From an uncultured virus (IMG/VR IMGVR_UViG_3300037961_004118) (Duplodnaviria > Heunggongvirae > Uroviricota > Caudoviricetes > Kyanoviridae): a stretch of DNA of 64,000 bases. Made by a program: the position numbers and the translations under genes. Every line of letters begins with the position of its first letter. Position 1 is the first letter of the stretch. The notes beneath the pieces are model-generated. The model worked only from the letters and a program-made list of their open reading frames with translations. It did no database searches and had not been told where the DNA came from. This document shows positions 20,618-28,543 of this stretch, piece after piece. Location of the stretch: IMG/VR virus record IMGVR_UViG_3300037961_004118. One strand, written 5' to 3'.

Positions 20618-20815
20618 ATGTTCAGTACTCTACTGGCATTGACCTTAGCCTCTCATGATGCGTCACCTTATGGGTGGCATATGACTTGTGAAAGGTTTCT
20701 ACAGAGAAGAGTTGAAATCCTTATGGATGACAACTTGGATAGACGATCTAAATATAATCTAATAGGTTATTTAAGATCTAAAGTTGATGGTCAATGCGAT
20801 CAGATGCTAATATAG
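20618..20815 (+). CDS. 65-aa two-Cys protein inside the aptamer 1 loop
   Basis: ORF; signal-peptide-like N-terminus; resembles 20854-21015. Confidence 0.6.
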   Translation: MFSTLLALTLASHDASPYGWHMTCERFLQRRVEILMDDNLDRRSKYNLIGYLRSKVDGQCDQMLI

Positions 20816-20853
20816 TGAGACGCAAGTAAGTCGCGGAACGGAGCGTTCATCCC

Positions 20854-21015
20854 ATGATTGAAGTATTACTCTACACAACCATGAATTGTACCGATACAGC
20901 AGAAATGTTGGCACGGATTGAATCTCATGACTGGTTAGAGGAACAAGCAAAGGTTGAACTAATTGAAGTAATTCAAGAAGCAACGCCTCATTGTGCATGG
21001 GACGCAAACGATTGA
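20854..21015 (+). CDS. 53-aa two-Cys protein inside aptamer 2
   Basis: MIEVLLYTTMNCTDTAEML...EATPHCAWDAND; GGAG upstream. Confidence 0.6.
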   Translation: MIEVLLYTTMNCTDTAEMLARIESHDWLEEQAKVELIEVIQEATPHCAWDAND

Positions 21016-21056
21016 AGGAACGGGGACTACCAACCCTAGTATTTCAGGAGTAACAA

Positions 21057-21221
21057 ATGAACACACTTACTATCATCAAGAAGCAAATCGAGAAGGCAGC
21101 AGCACTGCACGATGCACAAATTGCTATGACCACCTATCGTGGTGTCAAGTTTGAGTGTAAGCAGGGCGGTGAGGAGACTCACGGCACCTTCTGCTATCGT
21201 GGTCACACTTACACCAAGTGA
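21057..21221 (+). CDS. DUF4278-like peptide (54 aa)
   Basis: AGGAG RBS; TYRGVKF and CYRGHTY motifs. Confidence 0.75.
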   Translation: MNTLTIIKKQIEKAAALHDAQIAMTTYRGVKFECKQGGEETHGTFCYRGHTYTK

Positions 21222-21226
21222 TTGCC

Positions 21227-21322
21227 ATGGAAACATTAACAGTCGTTGGACTTATGTCCTTAGGTTGTGCCGCATTTATCGGCATGATTTATGGTGAACT
21301 CATTCTTCTACAGAAGATTTGA
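21227..21322 (+). CDS. 31-aa single-TM peptide
   Basis: METLTVVGLMSLGCAAFIGMIYGELILLQKI. Confidence 0.5.
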   Translation: METLTVVGLMSLGCAAFIGMIYGELILLQKI

Positions 21323-21336
21323 GGGGGGTATGACAA

Positions 21337-21495
21337 ATGCTGAAGGTCAGACTTGAGTATGGCCTTCCAGAATTTGACCCTGATAAACACGATCCAGATA
21401 AGGTCTTCGGACTTCTAACTTATCGTGGAGTACACTACGCCAAGTGGGTTAATCTTAAACCATTTGGTATCAAAAACTGGAAAGTCAAATCTTGA
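21337..21495 (+). CDS. DUF4278-like peptide (52 aa)
   Basis: LTYRGVHY motif. Confidence 0.65.
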   Translation: MLKVRLEYGLPEFDPDKHDPDKVFGLLTYRGVHYAKWVNLKPFGIKNWKVKS

Positions 21496-21504
21496 TTTCA
21501 ACAC

Positions 21505-21529
21505 AAAGCACCCAAATGGGTGCTTTTTT
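21505..21529 (+). terminator. Rho-independent terminator
   Basis: AAAGCACCC-AAAT-GGGTGCTTTTTT. Confidence 0.85.
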
Positions 21530-21565
21530 GCTATTCTAAATACTGATAACCTATACAGGAGAGTC

Positions 21566-22222
21566 ATGAAAATCTTTCTGGACTGTTCTGACCCTGAGTT
21601 AATCACGAGTGCATTTGAGACTGGTTTAATCGACGGAGTTACAACTAACCCCAGTCTCATGTTGAAAGCAGGTAAAGATCCTAAGCAAGTTATCAAGGAG
21701 ATCTCTGAGATCTTTCCTTGGAACGCTTCCATTTCTGCTGAAGTGGTCGGTGATACTGCCGAAGAGATGCTTGACATGGCACAAGATTACTTGGAAATCG
21801 GACCAAACATTACAATCAAAGTACCTTGCACAGTTGAAGGACTTAAAGTCTGTAGAGAACTATCAGATGATGATGTGCAAGTAAACGTCACATTAATTTT
21901 CAGCACGGCACAAGCGATACTTGCTGCGAAAGCAGGAGCAACATTTGTTTCTCCTTTCGTTGGTCGTGTTTTCGATCAGCACTGGAATGGTATACACCTT
22001 ATTGAGGAGATTGCAGATGTCTTCGCTACACACCAAGTTAAAACTAGGGTACTCGCTGCTTCCATTCGTGAAGCTAATCAGGTATCCGATTGTTTCAGAG
22101 TGGGTGCTGATGTATGTACTCTTCCGCTTCCCATTTTTTACAAACTTTATAAGCACATTCTTACTGATAAGGGACTAGAACTCTTTGATGAAGACTGGAA
22201 ATCACTTCAAGAAAAATTGTGA
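21566..22222 (+). CDS. talC: Transaldolase TalC
   Basis: MKIFLD, GVTTNPSL, IKVP, VNVTLIFS, SPFVGR; AGGAG RBS. Confidence 0.96.
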   Translation: MKIFLDCSDPELITSAFETGLIDGVTTNPSLMLKAGKDPKQVIKEISEIFPWNASISAEVVGDTAEEMLDMAQDYLEIGPNITIKVPCTVEGLKVCRELSDDDVQVNVTLIFSTAQAILAAKAGATFVSPFVGRVFDQHWNGIHLIEEIADVFATHQVKTRVLAASIREANQVSDCFRVGADVCTLPLPIFYKLYKHILTDKGLELFDEDWKSLQEKL

Positions 22223-22230
22223 GAAATTCT

Positions 22231-22380
22231 ATGACTAAAGAAGAAGTCGAAGTTCGGGTTCTAAAGTTGAAGAATGAACTATACGATGGTTCTTGGCACG
22301 ACAAGAATGGTGAATGGCATGATGGTGCCCACACAATGCTCAACAGAGTGTTGGATATTATACAGGAGTATCGTCTATGA
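22231..22380 (+). CDS. 49-aa hypothetical protein
   Basis: Manual translation MTKEEVEVRVLKLKNEL...EYRL. Confidence 0.6.
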   Translation: MTKEEVEVRVLKLKNELYDGSWHDKNGEWHDGAHTMLNRVLDIIQEYRL

Positions 22381-22541
22381 ATAAAAAAAATTTGAAGATC
22401 CTCATTCAAGACCTTGAGTTCGCAGTCGCTGAACTCAAGGCAGAGGTTTATGCTGATCCTTCTGCTTACATAGATAAGAGTAGCAAGCGAACAGCGAGTA
22501 GCTACAGTGAACAAAACGACGACGACGGAGACCCCGACTGA
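22377..22541 (+). CDS. 54-aa hypothetical protein
   Basis: AGGAG RBS; LKAEVYADPSAY...DDDGDPD. Confidence 0.6.
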   Translation: MNKKNLKILIQDLEFAVAELKAEVYADPSAYIDKSSKRTASSYSEQNDDDGDPD

Positions 22542-22891
22542 TTATGAAAACCCCTGGATTTTTAACGGACACCCTTTTCTATCTGAGAACATTGACGACA
22601 ATTTCGGTTTTGTCTATTGCATTACAAACACACTCACTGGTAAGAGGTACATCGGAAGGAAATACTTTCACCAACTACGAAAACCTAGAGGTGGAGGTAG
22701 GCGAGTTAAAAGTGAGAGCGACTGGAAAAAATACTACGGAAGCTCTGCTGAACTTACTGCCGAAAGGANNNNNNNNNNTCAATAATGTACTTACGGAGGC
22801 ATTTGACGATGGCACACCAGCGTTTTACAACTCAAACATTCTTGGTAGGTACATGCGAAAGGACTATTTCCAAACTGACCACACCCCTTGA
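22507..22891 (+). CDS. GIY-YIG endonuclease (T4 EndoII/DenA-like), interrupted by an N gap
   Basis: GFVYCIT...YIGRK...SDWKKYYGSS; C-terminus FYNSNI lies after the gap in another frame. Confidence 0.8.
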
Positions 22892-22916
22892 CCCTTGCTG
22901 ATGGGTCTGCTATAAT
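22888..22916 (+). promoter_or_regulatory. Sigma70-type early promoter
   Basis: TTGACC-17-TATAAT. Confidence 0.75.
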
Positions 22917-22941
22917 TACAGGGTAGTCAAGAGGAATTCCA

Positions 22942-23094
22942 ATGAACGCCGAGTTCTACGAAACTGATTGTATTGAAGACGCATTGATGGATTTGTTCAT
23001 CGATCATCTGCATGATTTTGCTGCGCTTGAACAGGATTCCAAAGAGACTACCGCTTGGGTCAGTAGCTCAGCGGATAGAGCAACCGCCTTCTAA
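22942..23094 (+). CDS. 50-aa ORF running into tRNA-Arg
   Basis: GAGG RBS; stop codon lies in the anticodon loop. Confidence 0.4.
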   Translation: MNAEFYETDCIEDALMDLFIDHLHDFAALEQDSKETTAWVSSSADRATAF

Positions 23095-23129
23095 GCAGTT
23101 GGTCGCAGGTTCAAATCCTGCCTGACTCG
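23057..23129 (+). tRNA. tRNA-Arg(TCT)
   Basis: GGGTCAG/CTGACTC acceptor; CT-TCT-AA loop; GGTTCAAATCC. Confidence 0.93.
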
Positions 23130-23167
23130 TTGCCCTTCGGGGCATACGGTCCATTGCTAGTAAACGT

Positions 23168-23380
23168 ATGACTACAGCACAGAAGTTCTCGTCGTCTTTA
23201 GACATTCTCAGTGATGCCATTGACAGACAAGTAACACTTGACATCGAGTATCCTATTCTTTATAATAAAGTTTTGAAATTCTATGAGGAGAAAGGTGTTG
23301 ATTTCTATGGTGATGTAGATGAGGATTATGATATCCTCCTTACCAAACTTGAACAAGACCTATTTTATTATGAAACCTGA
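23168..23380 (+). CDS. Hypothetical protein
   Basis: ORF; YEEKGVDFYGD motif. Confidence 0.7.
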   Translation: MTTAQKFSSSLDILSDAIDRQVTLDIEYPILYNKVLKFYEEKGVDFYGDVDEDYDILLTKLEQDLFYYET

Positions 23381-23615
23381 AGTTCTTTACGAACGCTTTC
23401 CCTATCGTTATGTTCAGTCTGGGACGATCGAACTCAATGGTCGTCCCGACTATCGTATTCAAAAGTACGATGAATGGACAAAGCGATACAAAGATATGTA
23501 CCTCCTTGACAATGCAATTCAATTGGATTATGCTATGGAGGATTTTGAATACACCAAATGGTTAGACCCTGCTGGTGTTCCCTGTTACATCCGAGATACC
23601 GTCACTTCCTCATGA
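23370..23615 (+). CDS. Hypothetical protein
   Basis: ORF; ERFPYRYV...EDFEYTKWLDP. Confidence 0.7.
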   Translation: MKPEVLYERFPYRYVQSGTIELNGRPDYRIQKYDEWTKRYKDMYLLDNAIQLDYAMEDFEYTKWLDPAGVPCYIRDTVTSS

Positions 23616-23896
23616 ATCCTTATCAAACAGCGATCAAAGCACTCGAAAATTGCGTCAAAGACGCCATGGAAAACAATGTTGATCCTGGTCTCCAAATGGA
23701 AATCTGGCGACACTATCAAGGTATGAAAGCAATCGACAGGCAATTGCCTAAGCAGAAAGAATATAAGTTCTCTCTTGCTGACGATCAGATTAGCATTTCA
23801 ACCAGTTACTATGATCCAGATTACAACGTCCAAGCAGCACAACCTGTTGAGTTGGACTTTGGCGGTGGTGGTAATGATGTGATTACCTTTTCCTAA
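23612..23896 (+). CDS. Hypothetical protein
   Basis: ORF coupled to the previous stop. Confidence 0.65.
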   Translation: MNPYQTAIKALENCVKDAMENNVDPGLQMEIWRHYQGMKAIDRQLPKQKEYKFSLADDQISISTSYYDPDYNVQAAQPVELDFGGGGNDVITFS

Positions 23897-23907
23897 AACT
23901 AAATACA

Positions 23908-24075
23908 CTAGTCTTTGCCAATAGACTATAAACTAGATGGTGTTTGACTGGATGACAGTCGCTCATATGTAGAAAGAGTTTCTCCATTCTCTAAAATAAA
24001 AACGGAGTGGTGGAGTCAATCTTGACCCTATCTGGTTTCTTGCTTCCATAAAAAGCAAGTGGCGATGCATGAACC
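23908..24075 (+). ncRNA. manA/wcaG-like cyanophage structured RNA
   Basis: Repeated hairpin-pseudoknot units (GTTTCTCC..GGAGTGG; GTTTCTTGCT..AGCAAGTGG) and GAGTCAA-TC-TTGACCC; family recalled from memory. Confidence 0.6.
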
Positions 24076-24079
24076 TCAC

Positions 24080-24106
24080 AAGGACCCCATAAGGGGTCCT
24101 TTTTTG
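24080..24106 (+). terminator. Rho-independent terminator
   Basis: AAGGACCCC-ATAA-GGGGTCCTTTTTT. Confidence 0.85.
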
Positions 24107-24137
24107 TTGGATTCAAAATCTTAATATTTGAAGGTGC

Positions 24138-24183
24138 TTGACAACCCTTAACAATTACTATATAATATGTAAAGTTTCGTAAC
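24138..24183 (+). promoter_or_regulatory. hli promoter with HLR1-like box
   Basis: TTGACA-17-TATAAT; minus strand GTTACGAA-AC-TTTACATA at 24166-24183. Confidence 0.75.
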
Positions 24184-24189
24184 AAACTC

Positions 24190-24408
24190 ATGACCGTAAC
24201 AACTAATGAGCACGGCCAACAGAATATGTTTGCCAATGAACCTCAGATGTACATCTCAAAGACCGACGCTGAGCGTTATGGTTACGAGACGTATGCAGAG
24301 CGTGCTGAGAAACTGAATGGACGTGTTGCTATGCTTGGATTCGTAGCAGCAGTTGTTTCTTATGCTACCACTGGTAGTATCTTTTTCTTTGGAGCATTCG
24401 GTATCTGA
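24190..24408 (+). CDS. hli: High-light inducible protein
   Basis: AEKLNGRVAMLGF. Confidence 0.95.
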   Translation: MTVTTNEHGQQNMFANEPQMYISKTDAERYGYETYAERAEKLNGRVAMLGFVAAVVSYATTGSIFFFGAFGI

Positions 24409-24629
24409 TGGAAAACTCCCTTCTTGAAATTCTAACTTATTATGTTATTGGCGGTGCCCTTTTGATTGGTGCCCCAGGAGTATTCTTCTTTATCGTATTC
24501 CAACCCGCCCTTCAAAATACTAAGGGTCGCATGGTAGGATACAAAGACCACAAAACTTATGGTGATTCCTCAATCTATGAGAACACCCCAAGTGACAACA
24601 CTAAATTTTATCTTACACTCGGAGACTAA
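24408..24629 (+). CDS. Small membrane protein
   Basis: TM segment YYVIGGALLIGAPGVFFFIVF. Confidence 0.65.
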   Translation: MENSLLEILTYYVIGGALLIGAPGVFFFIVFQPALQNTKGRMVGYKDHKTYGDSSIYENTPSDNTKFYLTLGD

Positions 24630-24633
24630 AACA

Positions 24634-24741
24634 ATGACACCTGAAGCAGAACGTTTTAATGGTTGGGCAGCAATGATCGGCGTGATCGCTGCAATCGGTG
24701 CTTATGCAACGACGGGACAAATTATTCCTGGCATTTTTTGA
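24634..24741 (+). CDS. hli: High-light inducible protein (35 aa)
   Basis: MTPEAERFNGWAAMIG...TGQIIPGIF. Confidence 0.95.
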   Translation: MTPEAERFNGWAAMIGVIAAIGAYATTGQIIPGIF

Positions 24742-24742
24742 T

Positions 24743-24901
24743 ATGTCACCTGAAGTAGCGCAGACAATAGTATTTTGTTTAACACCACTGGCGTGTTTAC
24801 TTTTTATTAATGCTCTACTTGATGATGGCAGTGATGATGACAATGGTCCTGGTGGTGGAATGTTACAACCAATACAAACACCAGTAGCAAACCCTATCTA
24901 A
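24743..24901 (+). CDS. Small membrane protein
   Basis: TM segment followed by DDDNGPGGGMLQP. Confidence 0.6.
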   Translation: MSPEVAQTIVFCLTPLACLLFINALLDDGSDDDNGPGGGMLQPIQTPVANPI

Positions 24902-24922
24902 ATACTTTTTTGGACAAGAGAT

Positions 24923-25060
24923 ATGCCCACCGATCTTTATGAAGATATGGCAACATTGAATACTCTGTATGAGGAACTTTGTTGGGACCCAGAAAAACCT
25001 CTAGAATTTAAAGCAGATTACGAAAACGATCAGATTGTTATTAAACTCAAGAGAGACTAA
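24923..25060 (+). CDS. 45-aa hypothetical protein
   Basis: MPTDLYEDMATLNTLYEELCWD. Confidence 0.6.
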   Translation: MPTDLYEDMATLNTLYEELCWDPEKPLEFKADYENDQIVIKLKRD

Positions 25061-25089
25061 ATAAAATCGAATATCGTCGTCGCTGGACG

Positions 25090-25141
25090 GAGGGGCAACT
25101 GGCACAATCCAGTTGACGCCCCTCTTTTTATTTGGTAGAAT
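25090..25141 (+). promoter_or_regulatory. Terminator-like hairpin overlapping an early promoter
   Basis: GAGGGGCAACTGG..CCAGTTGACGCCCCTC + Ts; TTGACG-17-TAGAAT. Confidence 0.65.
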
Positions 25142-25155
25142 ACTGAGGTAGTCTT

Positions 25156-25752
25156 ATGAGAATTATGTCAATTCCAGTACTTGCATCTGCTGCCTTGGGC
25201 ACTGCACTCGCAGCACCTCTGTTTTGGTTTACACCTGTGGAAGTTGAGGCACCTACTGATGCTACTCCCATTGCTGTAGAACCTTATGTAGAGACATGGA
25301 AGTGCCCAGACTGCACACCAGAAGAACAATATGTCCTCGAACAATTACAAGAACACACAAGAATCACCGATCGTAATGCTCTTGCTACGATCATGGGTAA
25401 CATTAAACAGGAAAGCAAGTTCATTCCCAACATATGCGAGGGAGGGGCTAGAGTTTCTTACGGGGATTGCCATAGCGGTGGTTATGGTCTTATTCAGTGG
25501 ACCTCAGTAGGTCGCTATAACAACCTTGGCAAGTTCTGTGAGAAGTATGGTTGTGACCCTAGTAGTCTTGAGGGTCAGACTCGTTACATGATTAACGAAA
25601 GCGTCTTTCAACGCTACCTTCCTATGTTTGAAGGTAATGGACAATCTGTCCAGCAGTACATGGTCCCTGCTTACTACTGGTTGGGATGGGGCATCAAGGG
25701 TGCCCGTGAAGTCTATGCTTGGGACTACACTAAGAAACTTGTACTGGTATAA
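25156..25752 (+). CDS. Phage tail-tip lysozyme-like (Phage_lysozyme2) protein
   Basis: ATIMGNIKQES...GYGLIQWT; signal-like N-terminus. Confidence 0.75.
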   Translation: MRIMSIPVLASAALGTALAAPLFWFTPVEVEAPTDATPIAVEPYVETWKCPDCTPEEQYVLEQLQEHTRITDRNALATIMGNIKQESKFIPNICEGGARVSYGDCHSGGYGLIQWTSVGRYNNLGKFCEKYGCDPSSLEGQTRYMINESVFQRYLPMFEGNGQSVQQYMVPAYYWLGWGIKGAREVYAWDYTKKLVLV

Positions 25753-25769
25753 ATACTCATATTTTTTGC

Positions 25770-25819
25770 TTGACGGGAAAACCGAACCCTGATATACTAA
25801 ATAGGTAAACAAATGTAAA
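25770..25819 (+). promoter_or_regulatory. psbA promoter (sigma70 plus overlapping late CTAAATA) with HLR1-like box
   Basis: TTGACG-17-TATACT; minus strand TTTACATT-TG-TTTACCTA at 25802-25819. Confidence 0.75.
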
Positions 25820-25842
25820 GCACATCGCTTTTCCTTTATACT

Positions 25843-25947
25843 ACTCCCCGTAAACCGAGACCTCTAGGGAGTCAAAACTACGTCTCTCATACCTCTGCTT
25901 AGGGTGCAGAGGAATAGTAACTCCACCATGTCCCTGATGGTCTTACT
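25843..25947 (+). ncRNA. PhotoRC-II RNA motif (psbA leader)
   Basis: ACTCCC/GGGAGT, CCTCTGC/GCAGAGG, ACCAT/ATGGT stems with GAGAC/GTCTC and AGGG/CCCT pseudoknots directly 5' of psbA. Confidence 0.75.
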
Positions 25948-25962
25948 TATTTCTTATTAAAA

Positions 25963-26996
25963 ATGGCTAGTACAACTCTGTCACGCTCTCGCGTGTCTAA
26001 CTGGGAATCCTTCTGCGAATGGGTTACCAGCACTAACAACCGCCTCTATGTCGGTTGGTTCGGCGTTCTGATGATCCCAACTCTGTTGGCAGCAACAATC
26101 TGCTTCATCATCGCCTTCGTCGGTGCTCCTCCTGTGGACATCGATGGCATCCGCGAACCTGTTGCAGGTTCTCTCATGTATGGCAACAACATCATCTCTG
26201 GTGCAGTTGTTCCTTCTTCCAACGCAATTGGTCTTCACTTCTATCCCATCTGGGAAGCAGCAACTCTCGATGAGTGGTTGTATAATGGTGGTCCTTTCCA
26301 ACTCGTAGTTTTCCACTTCCTGATTGGCATCTATGCTTATATGGGTCGTGAGTGGGAACTCTCTTATCGTCTTGGTATGCGTCCTTGGATCTGTGTTGCT
26401 TACTCTGCACCTGTTGCAGCAGCATCCGCAGTCTTCCTGGTGTATCCATTCGGTCAAGGTTCTTTCTCTGACGCAATGCCTCTTGGTATTTCTGGTACTT
26501 TCAACTACATGCTTGTATTCCAAGCAGAGCACAACATCCTCATGCACCCCTTCCATATGCTCGGCGTAGCAGGTGTGTTCGGTGGTTCGTTGTTCAGTGC
26601 AATGCATGGTTCTCTGGTTACTTCTTCGCTGGTTCGTGAGACCACCGAAACTGAGTCCCAGAACTATGGTTACAAGTTTGGTCAAGAAGAAGAGACCTAC
26701 AACATCGTTGCTGCTCATGGTTACTTCGGTCGCCTGATCTTCCAATACGCTTCCTTCAACAACTCCCGTTCACTGCACTTGGTGTTAGCACCATGGCATT
26801 CAACCTGAATGGTTTCAACTTCAACCAGTCCATCCTGGATAATTCTGGCAAGGTTCTGCCTACTTGGGCAGACGTGCTGAACCGCGCTGGTCTGGGCATG
26901 GAAGTTATGCACGAGCGTAATGCTCACAACTTCCCTCTCGATCTCGCTGCTGCTGAGTCCACTCCTGTGGCACTTACCGCACCTGCGATCGGTTGA
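25963..26996 (+). pseudogene. psbA: Photosystem II D1, frameshifted by an internal ~46-nt deletion as assembled
   Basis: D1 sequence to SRSLH, then [12 protein letters not shown]...APAIG in another frame. Confidence 0.92.
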
Positions 26997-27013
26997 TACA
27001 ATTTGTGGTATAA

Positions 27014-27354
<341 letters not shown>

Positions 27355-27355
<1 letters not shown>

Positions 27356-27492
27356 TGTTTAACGAGGACACGCCATACAAACTTAAAGAGATCATTATGG
27401 ATACGTGGCCTCAACTTTTCTGGTTAAAAAAACAAAAGGTTAAAAAAAATGACAACAAGTACACTACAAGCACCGACAAGGGGGTGGTTTGA
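27355..27492 (+). CDS. 45-aa hypothetical protein
   Basis: TGATG overlap with pet[17 protein letters not shown]. Confidence 0.5.
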
Positions 27493-28504
27493 TGTCCTGG
27501 ATGACTGGCTTAAACGGGATCGCTTTGTCTTTGTGGGTTGGTCTGGATTACTTCTTCTTCCCACTGCTTATCTTGCAATTGGTGGCTGGCTTACTGGCAC
27601 GACGTTTGTTACAAGCTGGTACACCCATGGACTCGCAAGTTCTTATCTTGAGGGTGCTAATTTCCTTACAGCGGCTGTGTCAACGCCTGCTGATGCTATG
27701 GGTCATTCTCTTCTTCTACTTTGGGGTCCTGAGTCTCAGGGAGATTTCGTCCGCTGGATCCAACTTGGGGGACTCTGGAATTTTGTGGCGCTCCACGGAG
27801 CATTTGCTCTCATAGGTTTTATGCTTCGTCAATTTGAAATTGCTCGTCTCGTAGGTATCCGTCCGTACAATGCAATCGCTTTTTCTGGTCCTATTGCTGT
27901 CTTCGTTAGTGTCTTTCTCATCTACCCTCTGGGTCAATCGAGTTGGTTTTTCGCTCCATCTTTCGGGGTCTCAGCAATCTTTAGATTCCTCTTATTCCTC
28001 CAAGGGTTCCACAACTGGACCCTGAATCCATTTCACATGATGGGTGTAGCAGGTATCCTGGGTGGTGCATTGCTTTCTGCCATTCATGGTGTTACAGTAG
28101 AGAATACTTTGTATCAAGATGGTGAACAAGCAAATACTTTCAAAGCATTTGACAGCACTCAGGAAGAAGAAACCTATTCAATGGTTACTGCAAACCGCTT
28201 CTGGTCTCAGATCTTTGGTATTGCGTTTAGTAATAAGAGGTGGCTACACTTCTTTATGTTGTTTGTTCCTGTTATGGGTCTTTGGACATCTTCCATCGGT
28301 ATTATTGGTCTTGCTCTCAACCTTCGTGCTTATGACTTTGTATCCCAAGAGATCAGAGCAGCAGAAGATCCAGAGTTCGAGACGTTCTACACCAAGAACA
28401 TCCTATTGAATGAAGGTCTTCGTGCATGGTTGGCACCAGTTGATCAACCGCATGAAAACTTTGTATTCCCTGAAGAAGTTCTACCGCGTGGCAACGCACT
28501 CTAA
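27449..28504 (+). CDS. psbD: Photosystem II D2
   Basis: [16 protein letters not shown]...[10 protein letters not shown]; intact 351 aa. Confidence 0.99.
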   Translation: MTTSTLQAPTRGWFDVLDDWLKRDRFVFVGWSGLLLLPTAYLAIGGWLTGTTFVTSWYTHGLASSYLEGANFLTAAVSTPADAMGHSLLLLWGPESQGDFVRWIQLGGLWNFVALHGAFALIGFMLRQFEIARLVGIRPYNAIAFSGPIAVFVSVFLIYPLGQSSWFFAPSFGVSAIFRFLLFLQGFHNWTLNPFHMMGVAGILGGALLSAIHGVTVENTLYQDGEQANTFKAFDSTQEEETYSMVTANRFWSQIFGIAFSNKRWLHFFMLFVPVMGLWTSSIGIIGLALNLRAYDFVSQEIRAAEDPEFETFYTKNILLNEGLRAWLAPVDQPHENFVFPEEVLPRGNAL

Positions 28505-28543
28505 ATACAAAATAAATAGAGGGTGTAACAACCCTCTTTTTTA

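Larger units (their letters stand above)
20605..21022 (+). ncRNA. Tandem glutamine-riboswitch-like aptamers (glutamine-II/Downstream-peptide or glnA family) with ORF-containing P2 loops
   Basis: Two units CGTTCA-[P2]-CGCAA...GGAACG (20605-20840, 20844-21022) upstream of DUF4278-like genes. Confidence 0.75.

Noticed and set aside
21227..21322. PetL/PetM identity for the 31-aa peptide
   Set aside because: Only size and hydrophobicity are similar; no convincing motif
21425..21565. N-terminal extension of talC in the ORF track
   Set aside because: It crosses a terminator and another ORF; the RBS and MKIFLD start point to 21566
22769..22778. Apparent frameshift in the GIY-YIG gene
   Set aside because: Explained by a 10-N scaffold gap of unknown true size
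25981..26745. Long antisense ORFs (also 481-1104, 11988-12581, 38583-39515, 45008-45607)
   Set aside because: Shadow frames of codon-biased sense genes, with no recognisable motifs
26761..26996. Group I intron or split-gene explanation for psbA
   Set aside because: Sequence is missing rather than inserted
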